In this document: piece by piece, positions 29,064-37,733 of the stretch
Layout: every line of letters begins with the position of its first letter
Position numbering within the stretch: the first letter of the stretch is position 1
NCBI GenBank assembly: GCA_030680695.1
Contig: JAUXUT010000149.1
Coordinates: 602,324 to 649,430, forward strand
Source: a bacterium
Lineage (GTDB): Bacteria; Patescibacteriota; Minisyncoccia; Phycocordibacterales; UBA6065
DNA length: 47,107 nt
Direction of reading: 5' to 3'
Notes under the pieces: model-generated
Seen by the model: the letters and a program-made list of their open reading frames with translations, nothing else
The model's database searches: none
What the model was told of the DNA's origin: nothing
Program-made: the position numbers and the translations under genes

Positions 29064-29096
29064 AAAAAGCCCGCTCCTTGCAGGAGCGGGCTTTTT
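29064..29096. terminator. bidirectional intrinsic terminator (ruvA 3' end)
   Basis: aaaaagcccgctcct-tgc-aggagcgggcttttt. Confidence 0.85.
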
Positions 29097-29101
29097 ATTA
29101 T

Positions 29102-29680
29102 TTATTTACCCAAAATTTTCAGCGCTTTTTTAACGCGCTCACCGGTGTCGATGACAGCGGGGTCGACTTCCTTGAGGGCTTCGCGCGCATCGCCGTGTTT
29201 GTATCCAAGAGCTTTCAACGCTTCAAGGGCGTCCACTTCGTCGCGGAGCGAGATACCGCCCGTTCCGCCAGCTTCTTCGGCACCAAACTTACCTTTCAAC
29301 TCAAGAACGATTTTGTCGGCCATTTTCTTGCCGATACCGGATACTTTGGTGAGGTGTGACGTGTCGCCTGTGGAAACTGCCTTGCGAATATTTTGCACGG
29401 ACGAGACATTCAATATACCGAGGGCTGTTTTTGGGCCGATACCCGAAACAGACGAAATGAGAAGCTCGAAGAAGTTGAGCTCGTCTTGGGAAGGGAAGCC
29501 GTACAGGGTGTGTGCGTCCTCGCGTACGGCCATGTGGGTCCAAAGGGACGCCTCGGAGCCTTCTTTTAGTCGGTCAAGGGCATTGCTCGCGGCAAAAACC
29601 TTGTAACCAAGGCCATTGACGTCGATAACGACGGATCGTTCTTCTTTGTTCAAAACCGTGCCCCTGATGTGGGTTATCAT
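29102..29680 (-). CDS. ruvA: Holliday junction branch migration protein RuvA
   Basis: DVNGLGY.V, VREDA.TLYGF, VSGIGPKTA and GIGKKMA.KIVLELK motifs. Confidence 0.97.
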   Translation of the reverse strand: MITHIRGTVLNKEERSVVIDVNGLGYKVFAASNALDRLKEGSEASLWTHMAVREDAHTLYGFPSQDELNFFELLISSVSGIGPKTALGILNVSSVQNIRKAVSTGDTSHLTKVSGIGKKMADKIVLELKGKFGAEEAGGTGGISLRDEVDALEALKALGYKHGDAREALKEVDPAVIDTGERVKKALKILGK

Positions 29681-29773
29681 GTCAGAAGTATATCAGAAAA
29701 GCGGTCTTCGCAGCCCGAAAAGGCCCTCTGGGCTTGCGTTTGACTGGCTTTGCTGGTAAAGTGGCCTTCACAT

Positions 29774-30037
29774 ATGCCAATCACATCTTCAGCCAAGAAA
29801 GCCCTCCGCGCATCGAAAAAGAAGCGCGTATACAATATCGCTCATCGCGACGCAGTATCGGTTGCGGTTAAACAGATTCGCAAGCTCGTCGCCGCAGGCA
29901 AGAAGGCCGAGGCTATGAAGCTCCTCCCAAAGGCCTACAAGGAACTCGACAAGTCCGCGAAGGTTGGTTTCATCAAGAAAAACGCAGTTTCCCGAACCAA
30001 GTCCCGCCTCTCGGCAGCCATCAAGAAAATCAAGTAA
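29774..30037 (+). CDS. rpsT: 30S ribosomal protein S20
   Basis: MPITSSAKKALR...LDKSAKVGFIKKNAVSRTKSRL. Confidence 0.96.
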   Translation: MPITSSAKKALRASKKKRVYNIAHRDAVSVAVKQIRKLVAAGKKAEAMKLLPKAYKELDKSAKVGFIKKNAVSRTKSRLSAAIKKIK

Positions 30038-30110
30038 GCAAAGCGTAAGACAAAGAAAAATCCCCGATTAAAATTCGGGGATTTTTCTTTTGCTATACCT
30101 CGGATGTTTG

Positions 30111-30182
30111 TGCTCCCGATAGGAATCGAACCTATATTTTAAGTTCCGCAAACTTATGTCCTATCCATTGAACGACGGGAGC
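30111..30182 (-). tRNA. tRNA-Arg(GCG)
   Basis: Cloverleaf: acceptor GCTCCCG/CGGGAGC; anticodon arm TAAGT-TTGCGGA-ACTTA; T loop TTCGATT; CCA not encoded. Confidence 0.92.
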
Positions 30183-30253
30183 AGTCCACATAACTTACCT
30201 TAAAATGCGCTAAATGTAAAAAATCCGCGCGATTGTCGCGCGGAAGATTGTTT

Positions 30254-30712
30254 CTAGAAGCCGAGACGTTCGATGAATTCCTGGAAGGGATTTTCCTTGA
30301 ATTCGACCATTGGCAGTCGTGGATCCATAATGGCCTTCACATGTTCCATATCGGCGATATCCATCGGGATCATGACGTGCGGCATGAAGATACGCTTTTG
30401 TTCGAGTATAAGGCGAGCACCATCGAAATGTTCCGGGTCAATCCAGTATGATTTGAGTTCCTTGAATGGATAGACGACGTTTTCTACGCGGACGAATTTT
30501 TCCGCGATTTCGACTGTGACCACACCTGGTCTCCTTGCGGCGAAGAGGCAGAGGACGAACGCGCCAATGACGACGAGTACTGCGAAAAGGATATTACCAA
30601 AGAGAACGGCGGTGATAGCGACGGCGCCCGCGATGATTCCTACAACCCAGAACCAATCCTGGCTCCTTTCGCGGTGGGCGTATTCGTGCGTCTGCCATGA
30701 AAAACTACTCAT
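30254..30712 (-). CDS. conserved CPR membrane protein (2 TM + PH-like domain)
   Basis: W...EY.H.ERS.DWFW motif followed by two TM helices. Confidence 0.8.
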   Translation of the reverse strand: MSSFSWQTHEYAHRERSQDWFWVVGIIAGAVAITAVLFGNILFAVLVVIGAFVLCLFAARRPGVVTVEIAEKFVRVENVVYPFKELKSYWIDPEHFDGARLILEQKRIFMPHVMIPMDIADMEHVKAIMDPRLPMVEFKENPFQEFIERLGF

Positions 30713-30748
30713 ATGTCCAGATTATACCACTATGTGTATAATCAGGGT

Positions 30749-30964
30749 ATGCAAATAACCGACCCAATCATCATCACTGCAATAGTCATAGCCGCAATAT
30801 GGTCGTTGCCATGGAAAGGTGTGTCGCTTTGGAAAGCGGCCCGCAACGGGCACACGATTTGGTTTGTGGTATTGCTTCTTGTTAACTCACTCGCTGTTCT
30901 AGATATTCTTTATATATTTGTGTTTTCGAAGAAGACAGGACAGAATACAAACGTACAGAGGTAA
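30749..30964 (+). CDS. small membrane protein (DUF5652-like)
   Basis: WSLPWKG.SLWKAARN....WF..LL.VN..A.L.ILY; TATAAT 6 nt before the ATG. Confidence 0.85.
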   Translation: MQITDPIIITAIVIAAIWSLPWKGVSLWKAARNGHTIWFVVLLLVNSLAVLDILYIFVFSKKTGQNTNVQR

Positions 30965-30981
30965 TCCTCTGTACGCCTAAC

Positions 30982-31068
30982 GGATGGGTGGCTGAGTGGT
31001 CTAAAGCAACAGTCTTGAAAACTGTCGTCCCTTCACGGGGACCGTGAGTTCGAATCTCACCCCATCCG
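30982..31068 (+). tRNA. tRNA-Ser(TGA)
   Basis: Acceptor GGATGGG/CCCATCC; anticodon arm ACAGT-CTTGAAA-ACTGT; long variable arm. Confidence 0.95.
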
Positions 31069-31079
31069 CAGATTAATAT

Positions 31080-31496
31080 ATGCGCCTCATAGGAATCGAT
31101 TACGGAGAAAAGAACGTCGGCCTGGCCGTTTCGGACGACCAGGGCCTCATGGCGTTCCCTCATTCGGTCATGCGTAATACTTCCCGCCTTGCGGATGAGG
31201 TAGAAAAGCTTGCGAAAGATAAGGACGCATCACTCGTCGTAATAGGGGAATCCAGGGACTACAAAGGTAATGCGAATTCCGTGCTCGAAAAAACCCTTAT
31301 ATTCGCGGAAGAGCTCAGAGCGCGAGGTCTTACGGTAGAATTGGAGTCTGAAACCCTTTCATCACATCAGGCCGCGCATTTCCAAGGAAAGACCGATATG
31401 ATAGATGCGGCTGCGGCGAGTATCATATTGCAAAGTTACATAGACAGAAAGAAACCACAGGTAGAGGGAGAAGAGCCGTTCTATAATCAAGAGTAA
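31080..31496 (+). CDS. ruvX: pre-16S rRNA nuclease YqgF/RuvX
   Basis: IGIDYGEKNVGLAVSD, E.LSS and IDAAAASIILQSY motifs. Confidence 0.93.
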   Translation: MRLIGIDYGEKNVGLAVSDDQGLMAFPHSVMRNTSRLADEVEKLAKDKDASLVVIGESRDYKGNANSVLEKTLIFAEELRARGLTVELESETLSSHQAAHFQGKTDMIDAAAASIILQSYIDRKKPQVEGEEPFYNQE

Positions 31497-31508
31497 AGAC
31501 ACGAATAC

Positions 31509-31913
31509 ATGATCACATACGAAGATTTCGCTAAGGTTGAGATAAAGGCGGGGAAGATTCTTTCTGCCGAGAAAATACCAGACACCGACAAGCTCTTGAA
31601 GCTTTTTGTGGATTTTGGCCCAATATCGGTGCAACCTGTCGCGGACATTTCCGTCGAAGGTGTACCAGTCGCAAAGGTCGAGATGCAAGAAGTCGCGCGC
31701 GACATTCGTCAGATAGTTTCTGGCATATCTATGTATTTTCCAGATCCACAATCATTGGTAGGCAAGGTTTGCATGTTTGTGACCAACCTCGAGCCAAGGA
31801 AAATCAAAGGTTTCGAGTCTAACGGCATGCTTTTCGCCCTCTCGACCGAAGACGGAAAGTTCTCGTTACTTGAACCGAACAAGGACATACCTGAAGGCAC
31901 CAAGGCGAAATAA
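31509..31913 (+). CDS. tRNA-binding OB-fold protein (MetG C-terminal/Trbp111-like)
   Basis: ITYEDFAKVEI, DKLLKL.VDFG, RQIVSGI and NLEPRKIKG.ESNGM motifs. Confidence 0.92.
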   Translation: MITYEDFAKVEIKAGKILSAEKIPDTDKLLKLFVDFGPISVQPVADISVEGVPVAKVEMQEVARDIRQIVSGISMYFPDPQSLVGKVCMFVTNLEPRKIKGFESNGMLFALSTEDGKFSLLEPNKDIPEGTKAK

Positions 31914-31930
31914 CAGCCACATAATTTACT

Positions 31931-32563
31931 ATGCCATCTTTCATCACTTCCGCCCTTCACTATATCGAGCCAGCATTCCTCATCGAGACACTGGGACTTA
32001 TCGGCGTGTACGCCATTGTTTTCGCAGAGTCCGGTTTGTTTTTCGGATTTTTCTTGCCGGGTGATTCGCTTCTCTTCAGTGCTGGACTGTTCGCTTCGCA
32101 AGGATACTTCGGCATCACGGCACTCGTGTTTGGAACGATGATTGCTGCAATCTTGGGCGACAGTGTGGGCTATGCGTTCGGGCGTAATGTCGGTCCACGG
32201 ATTTTCTCGCGAGAAGACTCCTTCTTCTTTCACAAAAAGCATGTTGAAAGGGCGAGCCAGTTCTATGCACGTCATGGCAAGAAAGCCATCATCTTGGCCC
32301 GTTTCGTCCCAATCATCCGTACATTCGCACCGATAGTCGCTGGTGTGGGACGCATGGAATATCGCACGTTTCTTACATACAACATCATCGGCGGAGTTGT
32401 ATGGACGGCTTCTTTCACGCTTCTTGGATATTTTTTGGGCAAGGCAATTCCCGGCATTGGCGATTATATACACTACATAGTCATCGGCATCATTATTCTT
32501 TCGCTCGTACCTATCGCATACGAATGGATGCGAGCCAAGAGGGCCGCTCCGCAGAATCCGTAG
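31931..32563 (+). CDS. dedA: DedA family membrane protein
   Basis: FAESGLFFGFFLPGDSLLF and ARFVPIIRTFAP motifs. Confidence 0.95.
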   Translation: MPSFITSALHYIEPAFLIETLGLIGVYAIVFAESGLFFGFFLPGDSLLFSAGLFASQGYFGITALVFGTMIAAILGDSVGYAFGRNVGPRIFSREDSFFFHKKHVERASQFYARHGKKAIILARFVPIIRTFAPIVAGVGRMEYRTFLTYNIIGGVVWTASFTLLGYFLGKAIPGIGDYIHYIVIGIIILSLVPIAYEWMRAKRAAPQNP

Positions 32564-32599
32564 AGAATCTCGTACAGAATATCTGGTATAATCTTCTCT

Positions 32600-33658
32600 G
32601 TGAAAGCTTTCATGAAACGCGCTTTTCCCGTACCGCGCTTGCTTGTTCCGGCACGGCTTGCGGTTGATGTGAATGACGGACGCATCCGTTATTTTGATTT
32701 CGAGCGTAAGGGTGGCATGCTCCGACCTAAATCATTCGGACAGGTCGAAATTCCGCGTATGCGCATGGGTGCAGACAAGCCGCAACCTGAAGCCAGGGAA
32801 GCGCTTGCGAAATTTGCCGCAGAACAGGGCAACCCTGCGGTTCGCGTTATCATCCACGAGGCCGAGGCATATGTATTCAGGACGTCAGTTAAGACCACCA
32901 ATCCTCGAGAAGTGCGCTTTGCGATCGAATCGTCGCTCGAAGAAAACGTGCCGATTCCTTTATCAGAAGCGATATTTGAATACAGCGCGGTGCGCATTGA
33001 CGAGAAGAGGGGAGAAACCATCGTCGCTGTATCTGTTGTTTCCGAGAAGACACTATCGTCCGCTGTAGACTTGTTTCGATCTGCTGGTCTGCGCCCAGTA
33101 TCTTTTGAAACCGAATCCCGTGCCCTTTCCCGCGCTTTGTTCAAGGAAGGCGATAACCGTGCACATGCTGTGCTAGCCATCGATGCACACCACACAACGG
33201 TGTTTATCGTACAAGATGGTGCGGTTTCGTTCAGTTCTTCAATCGAGGTTGGCGCACATGATATTGATTCTGCTGTGGCAAAGACTTTCAGTCTTGACAT
33301 ACCAGCTGCGCGCGAAGTTATCCGAACCAAGGCCTTCAGTCATGAACGAGATGACATGAAAGTCTTTGATGCCATGATTCCGGCACTTTCAACCCTGCGC
33401 GACGAACTCAACAAAGTTTTAAATTACTGGAATATCCTTGGTAAAAAAGAACCAGAAATCGAAGAGGTTTCTGATGTCGTAATCGCGGGTAGCTATTCGC
33501 TCATATCTGGTCTTGCACAATACATATCGATTACTACAAAGCTTCCAGTAGTGCAGGGGTCGGTGTGGACAAGGGTTGGTATTTCACCAGACTCCGTACC
33601 AGATTTACCATACAAGGATTCACTCGATTACGGCGCAGTCATAGGCTCGCTTCTATAA
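32600..33658 (+). CDS. pilM: type IV pilus assembly protein PilM-like
   Basis: Actin-like fold pattern; E..ALSRA; first gene of an M-N-O-like run. Confidence 0.75.
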   Translation: MKAFMKRAFPVPRLLVPARLAVDVNDGRIRYFDFERKGGMLRPKSFGQVEIPRMRMGADKPQPEAREALAKFAAEQGNPAVRVIIHEAEAYVFRTSVKTTNPREVRFAIESSLEENVPIPLSEAIFEYSAVRIDEKRGETIVAVSVVSEKTLSSAVDLFRSAGLRPVSFETESRALSRALFKEGDNRAHAVLAIDAHHTTVFIVQDGAVSFSSSIEVGAHDIDSAVAKTFSLDIPAAREVIRTKAFSHERDDMKVFDAMIPALSTLRDELNKVLNYWNILGKKEPEIEEVSDVVIAGSYSLISGLAQYISITTKLPVVQGSVWTRVGISPDSVPDLPYKDSLDYGAVIGSLL

Positions 33659-33662
33659 TCAT

Positions 33663-34193
33663 ATGTTTACATTCTTACCGCGCGGATACAGGGAAGACAC
33701 GATAAGCGAATACAGGAAACGCGTCCTCACCGTGTTCGTTGCCCTGTGTATTGTTCTCGCCATACTTTCCATAGCCCTCATCATGCCGACATTCGTGAGC
33801 CTTCACTTCCAAAGGAATCAGGCTCTCGACGAGAAGACTCGGACAGAAAATATTCAGGCTGGATCGGTTGACGCAGCTGCCGGGGCAGAGATTACAAAGC
33901 TCAACGAAAGGCTCGTTGCGGTGAGCGAGGGGGCGGACGAGAAAACCATGATTGCTTTGTTTGAGCGAGTTTTGATCAACGACAGGTCTGGGATATCTAT
34001 AACAGCTATCGGCGCTTCACGAAAAGATGGGTCTATGAGCATCAGGGGTATAGCCAATACACGCGAGACTCTCGTCGCTTTCTCACAGTCACTTCAAGGT
34101 GAGCCGTCTTTCGTATCGGTAGACCTTCCTGTATCAAGTCTGGCGAAGAATCGTGATATATCGTTTGCCATCACTATAATGCTCAAGCAATAG
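33663..34193 (+). CDS. PilN-like protein
   Basis: N-terminal F.FLP then TM helix; I.G.A.TRE.L..F...L motif; follows pilM. Confidence 0.7.
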   Translation: MFTFLPRGYREDTISEYRKRVLTVFVALCIVLAILSIALIMPTFVSLHFQRNQALDEKTRTENIQAGSVDAAAGAEITKLNERLVAVSEGADEKTMIALFERVLINDRSGISITAIGASRKDGSMSIRGIANTRETLVAFSQSLQGEPSFVSVDLPVSSLAKNRDISFAITIMLKQ

Positions 34194-34194
34194 C

Positions 34195-34731
34195 ATGAAG
34201 CTCAAAATAAATACATTGTTAATATCAGGCGTCTCACTAGTTCTCGGGATACTTCTCGTGGCTCTTGGTTTTGTTGTTTATAAGAGCTACGCATATAAAG
34301 GCGAGATAGCCTCATTCCTGAAGGCGTCACGCGATGCAGAGGTTATTGCATCGCGCCAGACAGCTCTTCAAAAAAACCTTCAAGGTTCTAAGGCCGCAAT
34401 CGACGCAATCGACGCTCGGTTTGTTCGTGAGACAGAGGTGTCATTATTCATCGATATGCTTGAGCGCGAGGCGGATATCAAGGGTGTGACAGCCAACATT
34501 GGATCAATCAGCCTCGACGCCGCTGCTAGCGCAGGAGGGCTCAAGGCCTTGCGCATGCGCATCGACGGGACAGGAACCTGGGCCCAAGTTATACGATTCA
34601 CCTCCGCACTTGAATCCTTGCCGTACGCCTTGCGCGTCGAAACGGCGAGTGTGGAAAAAGTCTCGTCAGACGACACATCTTCTGGATCGTGGAGGTTTGT
34701 TATAGATCTCCGTCAATACGTATCTCAATAA
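34195..34731 (+). CDS. PilO-like protein
   Basis: TM helix plus coiled coil; G.W..V.RF...LESLPY motif. Confidence 0.7.
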   Translation: MKLKINTLLISGVSLVLGILLVALGFVVYKSYAYKGEIASFLKASRDAEVIASRQTALQKNLQGSKAAIDAIDARFVRETEVSLFIDMLEREADIKGVTANIGSISLDAAASAGGLKALRMRIDGTGTWAQVIRFTSALESLPYALRVETASVEKVSSDDTSSGSWRFVIDLRQYVSQ

Positions 34732-34732
34732 T

Positions 34733-35044
34733 ATGAAAAGAACATTCTCTTTATGGAATAGGTTTCGTGGCGTATTTTCAAATCTTGGCGAGCATCCTTC
34801 GTATGATTGGTATTTCTCGCTCTCGTGTTTAGGGATTCTTTCTGTGGCGGCAATTGTACTCTCGGGTTTGATATATTACGCGCTTGCTTTGCGGCCAGTA
34901 TCTTTATCTGACGATTTTGTACCAACATCTGTCGCCGTGCTGGACAAGGCGACGCTCGTTCAAGCGCTTGATGATATGACCGCCGCTGATGCATCCGCCG
35001 CCATCATTCCAGGTCCGGTATTGGCGGATCCGTCGAGAAGATAG
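34733..35044 (+). CDS. single-TM protein closing the pilMNO-like operon
   Basis: Tightly packed ORF with one TM helix, ending ADPSRR. Confidence 0.65.
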   Translation: MKRTFSLWNRFRGVFSNLGEHPSYDWYFSLSCLGILSVAAIVLSGLIYYALALRPVSLSDDFVPTSVAVLDKATLVQALDDMTAADASAAIIPGPVLADPSRR

Positions 35045-35058
35045 TATCCTCCAATCAT

Positions 35059-35134
35059 CCCCTCGTAGTTCAATGGATTAGAACTCCGGACTTCTAAGCC
35101 GGCCATGTAGGTTCGATTCCTACCGAGGGGACCA
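35059..35134 (+). tRNA. tRNA-Arg(TCT)
   Basis: Acceptor CCCCTCG/CGAGGGG; anticodon loop CTTCTAA; encoded CCA; one A-G mismatch at the bottom of the anticodon stem. Confidence 0.9.
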
Positions 35135-35194
35135 ATAGATAGGCAACGGGCAAAGAAAAGCCGCAGGCAAAGTGCCTGCGGCTTTTCTGTTCTG

Positions 35195-35267
35195 TGCGCC
35201 CTGAGGGACTTGAACCCCCGACCTTCTCAGTGTAAATGAGCTGCTCTACCAACTGAGCTAAGGGCGC
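35195..35267 (-). tRNA. tRNA-Val(TAC)
   Basis: Acceptor GCGCCCT/AGGGCGC; anticodon loop TTTACAC; T loop TTCAAGT. Confidence 0.93.
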
Positions 35268-35328
35268 GTAGAAGACACGATAGCCTATTTCTTGCTCATT
35301 TTCAAGGCGTGTGCTACATTAGGCACCT

Positions 35329-35754
35329 ATGAAAAGCGCAGTAATCATATCTCCGGTAGACATGGGAGCGCGAAAGGCTCTCGGCCTCCGATCGGGCGAC
35401 ACCGTCCGCGTGTGGCAGAAAATCACTGAAGGCAGCAAGACTCGCCTCCAGGCGTTTGAAGGTCTTATTCTTTCTCGAAAGCATGGCGACGAGCCAGGCG
35501 CAACCTTTACGGTTCGCAAGGTCATCGACGGCGTCGGTGTTGAGAGGATTTTCCCTCTTTACTCTCCAATGATCGATGAAGTCGAAGTTATGCGCCGATC
35601 GAAGGTTCGCCGCGCTAAACTCTATTTCGTACGCGAGAAGGCGGCCAAGGAAATCCGCCGCCAGATGCGAAATCTCCGCAAGGACCCGACCGCCAATACC
35701 GATGTTGCCAAGGCGCCAATCATTGAGGAAAAAAACGAAGAAGCAGCAAAGTAA
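35329..35754 (+). CDS. rplS: 50S ribosomal protein L19
   Basis: GDTVRV...[25 protein letters not shown] and VRRAKLYF motifs. Confidence 0.97.
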   Translation: MKSAVIISPVDMGARKALGLRSGDTVRVWQKITEGSKTRLQAFEGLILSRKHGDEPGATFTVRKVIDGVGVERIFPLYSPMIDEVEVMRRSKVRRAKLYFVREKAAKEIRRQMRNLRKDPTANTDVAKAPIIEEKNEEAAK

Positions 35755-35850
35755 AATAAAAAACACCGCGAGAGCGGTGTTTTTTACAGGCGAGTTGAAA
35801 AGATAGCTGTTTTCGGCTATGATGGCTCGGCTGGCATGTTTGCGGCATAT

Positions 35851-35934
35851 GCGCAGGTGGCGAAATTGGCAGACGCACTACCTTGAGGTGGTAGCGCCTT
35901 CACCGGCATGGAGGTTCAAGTCCTCTCCTGCGCA
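35851..35934 (+). tRNA. tRNA-Leu(GAG)
   Basis: Acceptor GCGCAGG/CCTGCGC; anticodon arm CTACC-TTGAGGT-GGTAG; long variable arm. Confidence 0.95.
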
Positions 35935-36014
35935 CAAGGGATTATGGCGGACGGATATCCGTCCGCCATTTTTCCAAGCCGGTCAGCAACCCTAGAAGCT
36001 TGGACCGACACGAT

Positions 36015-36089
36015 GGTGCCTATAGTTTAGTGGTAAAACTTCGGTTTGTGGAACCGATATCCAGAGTTCGATTCTCTGTAGGCACCCCA
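36015..36089 (+). tRNA. tRNA-His(GTG), probable integration site
   Basis: G-1 plus acceptor GTGCCTA/TAGGCAC, C discriminator and CCA; anticodon arm TCGGT-TTGTGGA-ACCGA. Confidence 0.95.
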
Positions 36090-37664
36090 TTCGAGAATCA
36101 GTTGTTGAAAAGCGATGTTTCGCGCCTCAACAGAACTGTATTCTCTCAGTCCTAACCTCTCAAATTCAGCCCTAAATTCAGGGTATGCTTCTTTGATTGG
36201 CTGGAGCCATTCGTTGGCTGTGATAAAGACTTTCCCATGTTTTATGTAGAAGTTCTGACCGAGTGCCGAGAATATCTCACGTTTTCTTTGAAGATTACCC
36301 ATAACGAATTCCTTTCTAGCAAAGCATGCAAAGCTAAATACCTGCTCTGTAAGGTCCAGCCACTTTGAAGCACGTCCCTCGGTTTCCCGGAGTTTCGCTT
36401 GTAATCGGGCGATTTTATCTTTAAGTATGTCGCGCTCTTTAACAAAGCCCTCATCATCGATAAGATCGCGGTAGCGCATCTTTGTCAGGTTATCGAGCTC
36501 GGTCTGTGACTCGACGACAGTCTTGTGCTGCATTTCGTAAATCTTGGTACGCTCCTCAATTTCTTTATCATTGTTGCGATTCAAAGCCTCAATAGCCCAA
36601 GTCTGAAACTCGGGGAGGATGGTGTACTCCTCAAGCAAAAGCTCGATCTGCTGTTCGAGGTCAATGAGGTTGATTGGGTTTCGCTTAGGACATGGCACAC
36701 CTTTCTTGTGGCCTGAACAATGGTAGTAAGTGTATGTTTTGAGATCGCCAGTTTTCTTTATGGTTTTGGTCTTTTCCGTTCCGGTGTACATCGCACCACA
36801 CAGACCGCAGCGAATAAGTCCGGTAAATGCGAACTCGTGTGTTTGACCTCTCGGCTTGCCGGTCCTGCCGAAGATAGCTTGGACCCGATCGTACTCCTCG
36901 AGGGTGATCATCGGCTTATGATTTCCTTTGTAGACTTTCTTGCCCCACTCGAACATTCCTGTATAGAAAATATTCTTAAACATTTTATAAATCACGCTCG
37001 AAGCCATCTCAACTCCACCGCTCCGCTTACTCTTCAGGGATCGATAGCCCCATTCCTTGCTTGCGATCTCGGCGATACTCACTGGTGTGTAGTTTCCTGT
37101 AAGCATAAGGTCCCACATCTTTCGGATGAGGTCGAAGCGTTCAGGGTCAGGCTGAATTGTGTGCTCAAGTCTTTCGTTGATATAACCAGCCGGAGCCTTT
37201 GAGGGGAACCAACCACGATCAGCTTTACCATGCATGCCACGCTTGGTGTTTTTGCGCAGTTCAATGATGAACTGATTCGCCATTCCACTCTCAACGCTAA
37301 AGAGAAGTACGTTATCATCAGGCAGATACTCGCGTTCCATCGTCTGAATGGATTCGATAATTCCTTTCTGAAGCATCCAGCTTAGCTTTCCACTGTCGAT
37401 TGGGTTTCGTGCGAGGCGATTGATCTGCCAGCAGAGGATTCCTTTTGCTTCGCCTTTCTCAATTCGCTTGAGCATGTCATTGAAGATAGGACGGCCCGGC
37501 TGTTTTGCCGACTTTGCTTCGGTCAGGATTTCTTTGACTGAAATGCCTAGGGAATTAGCTCGCTCTTTGAGGCGGTTTATCTGGTCCTCGATTGACTGCT
37601 CCTGCCGATCCTCGGACTCAGAGGATTTGCGGGCGTACATGAAATATTCAACGTTTGTAGCCAT
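36027..37664 (-). CDS. large serine recombinase (resolvase, recombinase and Zn-ribbon domains)
   Basis: YARKSSE catalytic motif; RP.F, NRLARN and APAGY; CGLCG...YYHC...C Zn ribbon; coiled coil. Confidence 0.95.
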   Translation of the reverse strand: MATNVEYFMYARKSSESEDRQEQSIEDQINRLKERANSLGISVKEILTEAKSAKQPGRPIFNDMLKRIEKGEAKGILCWQINRLARNPIDSGKLSWMLQKGIIESIQTMEREYLPDDNVLLFSVESGMANQFIIELRKNTKRGMHGKADRGWFPSKAPAGYINERLEHTIQPDPERFDLIRKMWDLMLTGNYTPVSIAEIASKEWGYRSLKSKRSGGVEMASSVIYKMFKNIFYTGMFEWGKKVYKGNHKPMITLEEYDRVQAIFGRTGKPRGQTHEFAFTGLIRCGLCGAMYTGTEKTKTIKKTGDLKTYTYYHCSGHKKGVPCPKRNPINLIDLEQQIELLLEEYTILPEFQTWAIEALNRNNDKEIEERTKIYEMQHKTVVESQTELDNLTKMRYRDLIDDEGFVKERDILKDKIARLQAKLRETEGRASKWLDLTEQVFSFACFARKEFVMGNLQRKREIFSALGQNFYIKHGKVFITANEWLQPIKEAYPEFRAEFERLGLREYSSVEARNIAFQQLILEWGAYRESNSGYRFHKPKFYH

Positions 37665-37733
37665 ATAATTGGGTAATGTTAATGCTAAGGGGTGTTGCTG
37701 TGTTACCTTCTTCGTGGGGTAATTGCAAGTCCC

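Noticed and set aside
35085-35103. tRNA-Arg(TCT) as a pseudogene because of the A-G anticodon-stem mismatch
   Set aside because: All other arms and the CCA end are canonical; a single mismatch is insufficient evidence.
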